Shown piece after piece: positions 50,655-62,249 of a DNA stretch of 64,000 nt. The notes beneath the pieces were generated by a model, which did no database searches, was not told the DNA's origin, and worked only from the letters and a program-made list of their open reading frames with translations. The DNA is from Balanoglossus misakiensis (taxonomy: Eukaryota > Animalia > Hemichordata), in contig CM082594.2 in assembly GCA_040954595.2 (NCBI GenBank), positions 1,196,247 to 1,260,246 on the forward strand, read 5' to 3'. The first letter of the stretch is position 1, and each line of letters begins with the position of its first letter. Both the position numbers and the translations under genes were made by a program.

Positions 50655-53600
50655 AAATAAAAATTATACCACACCTTACTGTTACAGGATAATTGTGGTT
50701 ATTCTCTCATCCTGAATGAACGAACCGAATTGAAGTAGCTGTCTTCCCTTGACCTCGGAGTAGACACAGCCCTTTCAAAGAAATAACCTATGACCTATGA
50801 CATGAATATTTAAATAATATCCCATATACACCTGCCTTACGGACGAGCAACCATCTTTAAAAGCATGAAACTAAGAAAAGACAAACAGAAAACATAATTT
50901 TTGGGTGGGAGGTGGGAGCTACTTCAATTCGGTTCGTTCCTCCAGGATGAGAGAATAACCACAATTATCCTGTAACAGTAAGATGTGGTATAATTTTTAT
51001 TTATTCTCACATCCTTCAGTGACTTCCCTCATTTCCATAGCTGATTTTAAAGACAAAGCACCTGAGAACAACAGGTAGTCAACTCACCTATTTGGTTACC
51101 AAGGTGTCCAACACTGGAGAAGTCAATGATGATACCTCACACTGGTAATGTTTAGCAAAGGTTCTAGAAGAGGACCAATTCGCCAAACCCATAATTTGCT
51201 GTAACGAGGCTCCTCTGAAATGAAGGGCTGAAGTAACTGCTGCTCTAGTTGCATGTGCTGAGAAGACCTTGTCTATACCACTCTTCTGAAGCACCAATTT
51301 AATCCATCTTGCTATGGTACTTGGCAAAACAGGTTTTCCTGACGCAAAACTAACGAAAAGGGTCTTCTTGTGCTTGCGTAAAGACTGCACCCGACGCAAA
51401 TAAGAAGCCAAATAATAGACTACACATAACCTTCGATCCTTCTTGAAGGCTGTTAAAACAACAATTATTCTTTTCTTGGCTGGTCTGTCTGTCTTCGACA
51501 AACTAGCCGGAAGCAAAACAGCTGATCCCTTGGATAACGAAATAGACTCCAACTGGAGATTTGCCAAATCAGAACACCGTCCTGCTGTACATAACGCAAC
51601 TAACATAACAGTTTTTAATGTTAAACACTTCAGCGACAAATCCTTGGATGGCGACCAAGACTGAAGAAAAGTCAAAACTTGCTGAACATCCCATACCTGG
51701 GTGGTCTGGATACATAAACTCCCCTCATAAACTGTGTAACAAGTGGATGATTTCCCAAACGATATCCATCAACTGGCAAGTGCACTGAAGAGATAGCTGA
51801 ACGATATACATTAATGGTGTGATACTGAAGTTGTCTATCAAGTTGGTCTGCAAGAAATTCCAACACTATAGGGATAGGCGCTGAAATAGGATCTTCCTTT
51901 TGTCTTTGACACCAACGATTCCAGCGACGCCAGGCTGACTCATACTGTTTTGCAGTGCCTCGTCTGATGCTTTGGAGGATAATTTTAGACACCCTTTCAG
52001 ATATGCCTCTTGCTCGGAGAGTACACCTGAGAGCGGCCACACGGCTAGCAACATTTGGTTTGCGAGTGGATGATTCTGCCCTGTCAACAGATCGACTAAC
52101 AGGTCTGGGACTTGTGGGAGCAATAACGGATTTTGTATCAGAAGTGAAAGCAAATCCGGATACCAGGGTTGAGTCGTCCACACTGGGGCCACCAGAACTA
52201 TGCGTGCCTTGTCCTGATGAACTTTGTGCAGAATTCTTGGAAGAAGACAAAACGGAGGAAACACATAGCCTACCAGCTTGTTCCACTGAATGGAAAATGC
52301 GTCTATTCGCCACTCTTGTGGATCTGGTTTCCAAGAGACGTAACGAGGAAGCTGTGCATTCAGATGTGTCGCAAACAGGTCCACTTGCGGTATCCACTGT
52401 AACATCCGGAGGGCTTTCTGGAGCACAACTGGGTTGAGCTGCCATTCCAGATTGTCGTTGAATTTTCGCGAAAGGTAATCCGCCTCTTAATTGATTCTCC
52501 CCGGCAGATGCACTGCTGATAGTATAATGTTGCGCTTCAGGCACCACAACCATAGACTGGCCGCCAACTCGCTCAGAGGCCAAGACCGAGTGCCTCCCTG
52601 ACGGTTGATGTAAGACACTACTGATGTATTGTCTCACTGGACTTCGACACAGATGTCCTGCAGATGACTTGCCGGACGCTCCAATCCTCTGCAAACTGCC
52701 AGCATCTCCAGCTGATTTATGTGGAGACTCTGGTTCCACTGTCCCTGTGCCGAGTTGTGCCCGCATACTGCTCCCCATCCTCTGATGGACGAATCTGTCT
52801 GAACTATCAGTTGCGGTGTATGTGGTAGTAGGGACTTGCCATTCCACGCATGAAGACATTCTACCCACCATCTCAACTCTGTCTTTGCTGCTCGAGAGAG
52901 ACTCAATGGGGAATTGAAGCACCCTGTCAGAGCGAACACCTTCAGCTGATCTTTCTGAAGAGCCCGGTAATGAAGTGGCGCCACAGTTTTCGCCTCCAGA
53001 GCTGCTGTCATTCGCCCCAACACCTTTGCTAGGCAACGCACAGTGACCACTTCTTTTCCCAGCAACATTCTGATTGGAGTTTCTGTACCTTTTCCTGTGG
53101 GAAACTGATCGTCATGTCTATGGAGTTGATCATCATACCCAAAAACTGAACTTGCTGTTTTGGTTGAAGTTTGGATTTTTCCCAATTTACGAGGAAACCT
53201 ACACTCTGCAGAAGTTGCACAGCTGTCTCTACATTCGCTTGGCCAAACTTCCTGGATTCCCCCAGGATCAGGAGGTTGTCTATATAAATTACACATCAAA
53301 TACCTTGGCGACGAAACTGAGCGACGACTGGCTTCAACATTTTCGTAAAAACTCGAGGAGCACTGGCAATGCCGAACGGCAGAACTGCAAATTCGAACAT
53401 CGTCTCCTTCCAAATAAACCGAAGAAACTTTCTGTGATCTACAAAAATTGGGATAGTGAAATATGCATCCTTCAGGTCTACTGTGGCCATGAAGTCGCCT
53501 GGACGAAGTTGCGCCTTGACATGCTGAAGGCCCTCCATCTTGAAGTGCTGATAAGCAATGTGCCGATTGAGTGATTTCAGGTTGAAAACCGGGCGCCAAC

Positions 53601-54271
53601 CTCCTGACACTTTGGGTACTAGAAATATTGTTGACACAAACTGACCTTGAACTGGTACCACTGGATGTATTGCCGCCTTTTGTAACAAAGACTGTATTTC
53701 TGTGTCGATCAAATCTACATGGCATGACTGAACAGCCGTAACTGGTAGATGCGACTGCACTGGTGTTGACACGAGTTCCAGCTTGTAACCTTGCACTGTT
53801 TCTAGTATCCATGGGTCTGAAGTTAGCTGCCGCCACTCTGGTGAAGAAATAAAGCTAGACGACCCCCTACCTGGGGATGAGTAAGTAACTGCTCTTGATG
53901 AGGGAAAACATCACTGTTTTTTGCCACGAAAGGACTGACCAGCGCCATCAGTTCTCGCAAACTTGGGTGAAAAACCATACTGTATAAACTTGGAGTATTG
54001 AGACCGCTTACCATATCCACTTTGACCATACCTGGACTTGTAGGTAGACATGGGGCGTTTGCGGAACTGGCCTGCTGCACTTCCAGTTGACCCTTGACCC
54101 CTAGAGGTCATATCAACCACAACGTTATGGGCCTGCTTTGCCTTCTTTGCCTCCTTCAGTGGCTCATCTCCAAATAATGTAGCCATGGATGGTTCCAATT
54201 TCTTCAAAGAAGCATACATATTTGGAAGCACAGATTCAAAGGCCTTCTGTCTTGCTATCTGTAGACCACGA
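50655..54271 (-). mobile_element. 5'-truncated duplicate of the DIRS element
   Basis: Mirror of 16557-20173; broken within gag at the outer junction. Confidence 0.93.
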
Positions 54272-54532
54272 TGCAAGTTAAAGGTGTGTATACATTTCTT
54301 TGTCTTTTAATAACTCAAGATTAAAAAACAATATTCACTAAAGTTTACACATTTGTTTGATCTACATGATTACAGTTTACGTTGTCTTGAAAATATTTGT
54401 GAAAATGGTGAAACTGCAACATCTGCAGTATAACTAGATTTTACAATAGTTAAGCATCATAATGAATGGTTTTCTTGCTTTTATCATAGCATATCGCCCC
54501 TGTGACAAATAGAAATATTTAAACTCTTACAG

Positions 54533-54629
54533 ATTCCTCTGTTGACACAGCTGTCATCATTGGTGGTGTTGCGGGAGGTTTAGCGGCTGTGTTAGTGCTT
54601 GGTGTAATAATGTTACTCATGTACCAACG
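54533..54629 (+). CDS. Exon: transmembrane helix
   Basis: ACAG| DSSVDTAVIIGGVAGGLAAVLVLGVIMLLMYQR |GTAAGT. Confidence 0.85.
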
Positions 54630-54981
54630 GTAAGTTATTTAGTACTACCAGAGTAGAATCGAGACAGCTGTAGAAATGTTGCCCATCAGAAAACTGGGAA
54701 TTTACCTGTATCTTTCCATACATGCATGAGGCAACGTGAAAAATAATCACATCTGTATCGTGGAAGCAAATTTATTCAAAGAGTTCATGCATAGACCTAT
54801 TCGCGTATAGGGTAACTGCAGTGCATCATGGTATAATTTGCGTTCAACATGCATGGCGGCTAACAAGGCAAAGTCACGCGACCAGACTGCAAAGTGTCCA
54901 ACAACCACCTGCGTTATTCTACAGTAGTAACCACATCACAACAAATCCCACATTGATGATGTTCAACTATTTGACATTCAG

Positions 54982-55246
54982 GTGTGCTCTTGGAGGAAAG
55001 AAACATCCAGGCTGGGAAGAACAAGAGGCAACTATGGATATCCATTGGTTTGATGATACAGATGATGTTGATAGCAAGGCAGGGGAAAGTGTGGAAGATG
55101 AGGAAGCCTTCAGAGAAATCTATCACTACAATCCCATGTATAGTGGCGACAGTGGTAGTGCCAGTGGAAGTGAGGAATGGAGACCAAGGCCTCTTAAGAG
55201 TAGAAATGAACTATTTCATGAGAGTCACGGAGACAGATACTTCTAA
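54982..55246 (+). CDS. Last exon: acidic cytoplasmic tail with NPxY
   Basis: TCAG acceptor, phase 2 matching the TM exon; IYHYNPMY; stop at 55244-55246. Confidence 0.82.
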
Positions 55247-56885
55247 TGTGCCATCTCTGTGTGTACATGTATGGTATAATTCAAATGATAACTAGAATGG
55301 TTTTCATTTTGTGAGTTGACACAGTACTGTGATAAGCTTGGTATAATCCCATAAATGATAACAATAATAGTTATGTTTTGTCAGACGACAGTACTGTGAT
55401 AAGCGCACATTAAATTGGTTGGAGTGAAACAGATCTTTATTATTACACTCTTAGCAACATCTGAATGAAATGATCATAAATAATCATCTTTAAAGTATGT
55501 TGGTTATAAGGCTATATATTTTACATATTTTAAAGAATTTTCCTTAAAAATTTGTTATGACTTATTATAAGGTATTGTGTAATGAGAAAGATATGATAAT
55601 ACGAGAATTCCTAAACAACAACATATTTGTGTTGAATTTGGAGGACAAATTTAACAGTGTGCCAATTCAGCTCTCCCTTTGCATGCTGACTTGCTTCTGT
55701 ATTCATACAAGGCAGCATTTATCCTTAACTTGATCAGATAGACGGTCTTTTCATCCAAATGCATAGATTATGAATTATTTCTCTCAATATATTCAGTGAC
55801 TACCTCCCGATGATATATATCCTCCTGAATTAGTCCTTCAAATTTTGATATTTTTCTTGATATTTTTCTTTAATTTGACTTCAACCGTCACCATTCTCCA
55901 AGACTGTAAAAGAAGGGAGATGATGATTAACTATTATCAATTTTTTTGCCCCTTGTACTGTCTTTACAACTGGCCGTATAAATCTGATATTTGTTTGGCA
56001 TGCGAATTTTGGAATATGGATGTGTATGATCACAATTATAAGATCCTCAAAATAAAAGATCCTATCATTTCATTTGGTTAATAACCAGTTCATAGGTGAA
56101 TGAAAATATAGTTACTCACTTTGTGACCTGACATGTATATATAATAATTCAAAGTATTTATTCGCATATTTTTACATTATTCATGGTGTTATAGATCAAT
56201 GGAAATTTTTCAAATTAAATTCATGTATATAAAATGTAGCAATGTAATGTCATATGTGAAACCCTTAATCTTGATATTGTAATTCATTGTAGAATATGAT
56301 TATATTGTGTTATTCACTCAACTTGTGCATGTATGTTTAAGATTCATGCAAAATTACTTTTTTATACAAACTGTTCCTTTTTGTGTTGTTCGGAGGTGAC
56401 AACTCATCAACAATGAAATAAGTTTGGGAAATTTTTGAACAAAGTCATGAAGTGGAAGTACTATAAATAAGTTTAATATCTGTTTGAGTTGTCCTGCCAG
56501 AAGTCAACATTTTTAGCTTATACAAATACTGGTGCAACTACAGAACAGTTGAAGAATTTCATCATTATATTTATGTTTTAATTACAAGTATATCAATTGT
56601 ACCTTTTCCTTATATTAAAGGCATATTTTTATTATAATATTTAACTGAGTTCTTTGTCTACTTTTTTAAACTGACAATTTGTCAGTCATTACCATAACCC
56701 TGGAGTGTATTTCACTGTGTCCAGAGATTCTTCTGTAGTTGTTATAATAAGACATCAAACCAGGTCCAATAATCAATATTACTCAAGCTAAGCTAATTAC
56801 CAGGTCCAGGTTCAAAAAAGAAATAAGAGAAAAACTTACAATTTCAACAGGATCATCTTGAACCACTGCTAAGTGGTAGTACTCG

Positions 56886-57334
56886 CACAGGGGGCTGCAA
56901 ACATGAAAGTTATAAATGGCGGAGTTCCTGCATTTTCCCCCAATAAACATTAATTGATGAACAGTTTTTGTGCTTGTTTATTTTTCTGTGTTACCTCCAC
57001 CTGTCTTAGCAGTTGCTAATCCAGAATACAAGCTATTGCATTTCCCATTAAGCACCTGCTAACGACTTAATCTGTGTGCCCCATCCACGGATTTAGTGGA
57101 TTAAGTAAACATCGGTCAGTTCTCACTTGGTAAGAGAATACCCAGTACTCGCTGACCGATGTTTACTTTATTAACTTAATCCGTGGATGGGGCACACAGA
57201 TTAAGTCGTTAGCAGGTGATTAATGGGAAATGGATAGCTTTTATTCTGGATTAGCAAATGATAAGACAGGTTGGGAAAACGCAGAATGGAACGTACTTCG
57301 CCATTTATAACTTTCATGTTTGCAGCCCCCTGTG
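56886..57334. mobile_element. Foldback MITE, almost entirely palindromic
   Basis: 36-bp perfect TIR CACAGGGGGCTGCAAACATGAAAGTTATAAATGGCG; inner ~120-bp inverted arms; possible 7-bp TSD GTACTCG/GTACTAG. Confidence 0.85.
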
Positions 57335-58367
57335 GTACTAGGTGTCGGAAATGGGTAAGCACACCCTTCAAGCATGCTACACCCGTTAAGACTGACCCAA
57401 AGAGACAGATTTAAGTTGAATTTGACTTAACTAACAAATTACTGTTGCAAGTCAAATCCATATTTTGACTTTATCTCTGACTGAGCGCAGTGAGTCTGAG
57501 AGACACTCCACGTCTTCCTCTTCACAAGCAGCCCACTTCAAGTTTCAGCAACATCCATAATAGTCCTAAAGTTGAGGTGCCAGTTAAAATTAGGTTTTTG
57601 GACCAAACTGGAATAGCTGCCGAAGTTTGGTATTTCAAATGATTGTCAGGTCACCTGTTTATTGTTACGTTTAGCCGGTTCGCTCAGGATTTTCTATATA
57701 GGGTAAATCAGACAGCCTGGGACGACACTGGATTGTGAAATAAACAGCAACGATTTAATGCTCACCACTCAATACAAAACTGCTGGGAGGGAGGCAGCGG
57801 ATGATGGTGTGTTGTACGATGGCTCTCAAACAATGTTTGTTATGTCTTTAGATCTGTTTTCCTCCAAGTCTATTGATCGATTGTGTACGAGGCAGCCACG
57901 TTTGTCCGGTCTCAGCCAGCCTACCCACAATTCCGGAGTTTTATGCATGCAAGTACTGGGTGCCCCAGCGCCATCTACGGCAAAGCCTGACTAATCTTTC
58001 TTTTATATGTGTCGATAAGCAATAGGTGTAATGGTTCGCACGGTCCGCATCACACTATTATATGACTGTGAGGTTTCTAACAAAAGGGATATGACATACA
58101 ATCACAAGTGTAAATCAAATATTGAACATTACTTAAAGGGACAAATTGTTCAAATCCTCTTTTGAGCTTATTTGGTCAATTTTGTTTGATATGAAATGTG
58201 CCTATTATGCTGTTTGACTTCTTTAAACATGCTTAAATACTGGCCAATAAATAACTCCACTATGTTTGAAATTAAACCAGATAGTACAATAATACATTCC
58301 AAATGTCATCTGTGATAACATCATGCTTTGGACTTTTTTACTTTATATATTACATAACATGTTACGG

Positions 58368-58602
58368 AGGGGGGAGAGAGGTGAGAAAAGGAATGTGAAA
58401 AAGGAGAAGAAAAGCAAGAGGGCGGAAATGAGAATGTCAGGATGGAAAGGGAATGAGGGGAGGACTTTGACAGAAGGGGAGGGGAGAGACCGAATAAGTG
58501 AAGGTGAGAGAGGAAGTGGTTAGACAGGAAGAAAGGGAAATTAAAGCTCAACCACCACCACCACCACCACAATCATCATCATCACCATCATTGCCATCAT
58601 CA
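58368..58602. repeat. GA-rich low-complexity tract plus (CAC/CAT)n
   Basis: Purine-rich run followed by trinucleotide repeats. Confidence 0.75.
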
Positions 58603-60354
58603 TTCTGGAGGCATCGTGGCCTGTATTGGCCCATGGGCATCATGGGCCAAAAAAACTGATTCAGTGTAAATGTGCATAAACCACACTTTTGTACGAACTC
58701 CTGTAACCGGTGACGCAAGTCGTGAGTGAATTTGTGGGCGTGTCGCGACCTTTTCTGTGAACGTGATGCAGAGTGATATATTGATGACTCCCAGCCACCC
58801 CCACACCCTTTGGTAACACACTTCTTAAACTTTCTTTACATAGAATGGACTTCTCAAACCTTCCTTACCAAAGTTCTGATTAAAGACATCTATCTTCTAG
58901 GGTACTACCAACAGCGTTTCACGTGACTGTAGACAAGCAGCAAGTACCTGTACACAGACAAGGGCGTGCGCGCGTCCACAATAATTTAAAACGAATGTTT
59001 CCACCGCCGTGTGTTTTATGCACATAAACACTGAATCAGCTTTAATATTGTCCCATGATGCCCCGTGAGTTGTCAGGGTACCAAACTGACAATGCTGGAG
59101 AAAAAATGAAGTGTTGACATGCATGTTGTTAAGGGGTTTCACAATGCATGTTACGGACGCTGGTTTCTCTTAGCAATAGAGTAGAGGCGTAAGGATGGGT
59201 TGATCTTGTGATTAAGAATTTTGGCAAAGAAACAGAAATTGTGTCATTTAGTTTTGTATTAAACCCTATTCGCGTATTTTGTGTTAAAGCACGAAATACT
59301 GCAATAATGAGAAACGGTAGTATTTAACACATATCATATATGATATAATATAGCTTTATCAATACCAGTGAATTTTGTGACGTCATTGCTGTACATTTTT
59401 TTATCTTTTATTTAGAACGCACAATGTTACATCAACAAATCAAAAGAAGAAACGAACTGAAAACTCACATCATAGCTTCAAAATTTATTACACTTTCTGG
59501 ATGGTTGCATGATTCCTAAGGCTTGTATACCTTCAACCTCAATGTCACGCGGGAGGATTGGTGTTGGGAATGTAACGGGGAATTAAACTCTATTGATGGG
59601 GATAACTCGCTTGGCTAATACTGAGAGGTACCTATATGGAATCGTGCTGACGTCCAGATACATCGACACGAACACTGGGTATTTATGCAATTATGGTAGC
59701 AACTGAGAATATAAGAATTTAATGAAATAAACCTACTCGACCACTTGCGTTCTGAGGACAAGAAGGACACAAATAGTCCGCCATCCAAAAGACCGTTCCA
59801 GCATTTTATTTTTACCCGCCAAAAGACGCGGAGATATATTTTTAGATGAATGATCCATGCATACTCTGATTGCATAGTACTTGTCTTCCTTGTGTTCCTT
59901 AAAACAATGAATGTATTGTATTTTCTTTTCTTTTCATCAGGAATTCGATAACTTCCTTAACACTTCAAAAGTTTCTTTACTCTTCAATCACTTCTGTCTC
60001 AACTTTTAAGTTTAACTTTTACTTCCAAATCTCAGGTCACAAACTCTATAGACTGCTAAACAATTTTCTTCCTAGTGTTGTATGCGCCACTTGTGAATTT
60101 TTGCGAGTGAGATTCACGGGCGTTTGAGCACAATTTATACAAAAGATGTTTATCGCCATTAGAAAAACGTTCGCGTAGAATCAATGACGTCATGGTAAAT
60201 TTTAGCTGCATGCTCCAATAGGGATGATAGGGAGACTACTTGTTGTAGAGCACCTGAAAATGTACGTATTTCGTCACTTCCTTTTCGCGAAATTTAATTC
60301 TTAACGGCATCTTAGTTTTAAGATTTGTGATTCCTTTTTTCTTCAGTTGTACAT

Positions 60355-60600
60355 TTGCATCACGGGATACTTCTTTGTAGACTATCGAACCTTGGCATCT
60401 CAGACACAGTACTAACATGGTTTACATCTTACCTTCAATATAGATATCAAACTGTAATCATCGAAAACACTGCAAGTTCACAGTCACCTCTCGTATACGG
60501 GGTGCCACTGCCCCTCTGTTGTTCACCATTTATATAGCCCCACTTTATAGTAAACTGATTCGTCCCCACATCCTACAATTTCATCAGATAACCAGCGATA
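60355..60600 (+). mobile_element. LINE (L2/CR1-like) RT fragment
   Basis: HGILLCRLSNLGISDTVLTWFTSYLQYRYQTV...YGVP...LFTIY. Confidence 0.75.
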
Positions 60601-60680
60601 CCTCGCCTTTTCCCATCAAGATTCAACCTCTGACGTTCCTGTCTTCTAAGGATTGTTGAACTTTAATTCATGCAGTTTGT

Positions 60681-61234
60681 TGTTACGGCCGGTCGTCCTC
60701 CGGACGTTTACCTCATCGGCTTCTGTGGGGAATCAGCCACGTCCGAAAGCTGACGGCGTACATTCTCTCCATCTCCTTCTCCACCCAACATATTCATAAA
60801 GTCCGAGAGAGGTACCCGGCAGATCGTAAACCTTTCGTAGACAGAGACTTGCAAGAAGTTTTCCGAGTAACACAAAGTTCTGGTTTATTACTGGTCACAC
60901 GTAAGAATTACACGACTCGATCCATGCTCGTTGACTCCCATCACGGATCTCCGGTGATAAACGTGTGATCTCAAATTTCACTTCACCTTATTAATACGTT
61001 AGTCAAGTATTAAGTCATAAAAGGAACACGTCATCTTGATATTTCTTAAACATCAACTTAGCGCGTGATATCTCTATCTCGTTCTGACATGTATCAATTA
61101 CACAATCTTGTTTACTCTGGGTCAAGTACCAATGTCAATACTGGACTAAAACCATATAAGTGAATGACTTCTTACGTAATCATAAACAAGATCTATGATC
61201 GTTAAAACTCAATCGTGACACTTCCCACTTTTCC
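60681..61234 (-). mobile_element. Probable 3' LTR (540 bp) with upstream polypurine tract
   Basis: On the minus strand: GGAAAAGTGGGAAG|TGTCACG ... CGTAACA, with an internal AATAAA near 60885. Confidence 0.6.
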
Positions 61235-62249
61235 AATAATCGAACTTCCACGTTCGATCAAAGAAAGAATGAAAACGAAAACCAGGTCTGCGCTATTGGT
61301 TTTAAATACACTACGTCAAAATCAAACTCAATAATCACCTTTAAAATATCACAGCCTGTTCAAACAAATTAAAGAAAATCGCATAAAACGTTTTCAATGT
61401 CAAAATTCAAAAAGACTTCACTGTTCTGACTTCTCGTCAAAGAGTGTCTCTTTTCCAGTGCAAAATTCAACAGTCAATAACCGCGTAAAAAAAATTAAGT
61501 CTGATAGTTCTTTCGTACAAACATTCTCTTCACTACTGTACTAACGGAGCAGGCACATTCCAAAGATGCTCTCGAACACAATAACGGTTCCGGATAATAC
61601 CGCCAAGTACGGAGCATTTCAGAGTGGATCATAATGCAATACAAGCTCGTAATAAACAGTAAAAATGAATACACTTCATCATACTGTCACGTTCAAAAAT
61701 AACCACGAAACGAATTCTTATGTGAAAGGATGCGTAAGACTACAATAAAATCACGCTTAACTTCAACTACACTCTAGGACTTCTCTCTTGTCCCTCGTAT
61801 GAACTCACATGTCAACTCAAAGGGCCATTTTCATACGCCAGACCGTCTCCCTTGCGGTCATTAAAACATCACGACTTCATCACCAGACCGTTTCTCTTGC
61901 GGTCATCACAAAAACTTCAACAACTCCTCAAAAACCTATTAAACTTCACTACACTTCACGGCATCACTTCAACAAAAGAATACACATTTACAATGTCGAA
62001 AACAATGCAAAAACTTGGTGGAAAACAATATCAAATCAAAAGCGGTTAATAACGGTCAGTCAACTCACGTCTACTAACTCTTCTTATGTGAAAGGATGCG
62101 TAAGACTACAATAAAACTCAAAGGACCACTCTTCAATGTAAGTCATCATACCCTTCCACCCTGTGATTTTGATGAACACTTCCCCCCCCCCCCCAGCTTT
62201 ATAATTCATATTGTGTTTCCCATCTAAATGTCAGATCATTACACAGAAA

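Larger units (their letters stand above)
38472..54271 (-). repeat. Arm 2 of the inverted duplication; lacks the 4036-bp transposon, the 620-bp MITE and a 300-bp segment
   Basis: Reverse complement of 16557-37466 with scattered SNPs. Mirror-coordinate sums step 70828, 70977, 75015, 75315, 75938 at the indels. Confidence 0.97.
31172..55246 (+). pseudogene. 3' half of an uninflatable/SVEP1-like multidomain transmembrane gene, disrupted
   Basis: Ten consecutive phase-compatible GT-AG exons (31172-38143), a truncated exon from 38280, then TM and tail exons. In-frame TAG at 36445; arm 2 is inserted before the TM exon. Confidence 0.8.

Noticed and set aside
16557-54271. Interpreting the two arms as giant TIRs of one mobile element (e.g. 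Polinton or foldback)
   Set aside because: The outer boundary cuts through DIRS gag, there is no TSD or terminal motif, and the spacer holds host exons.
54272-54290. Possible exon end and donor (AAAG|GTGTGT) just after the outer junction
   Set aside because: The Cys-containing frame is not phase-compatible with the TM exon; TTAAAGG could equally be a decayed TE end.
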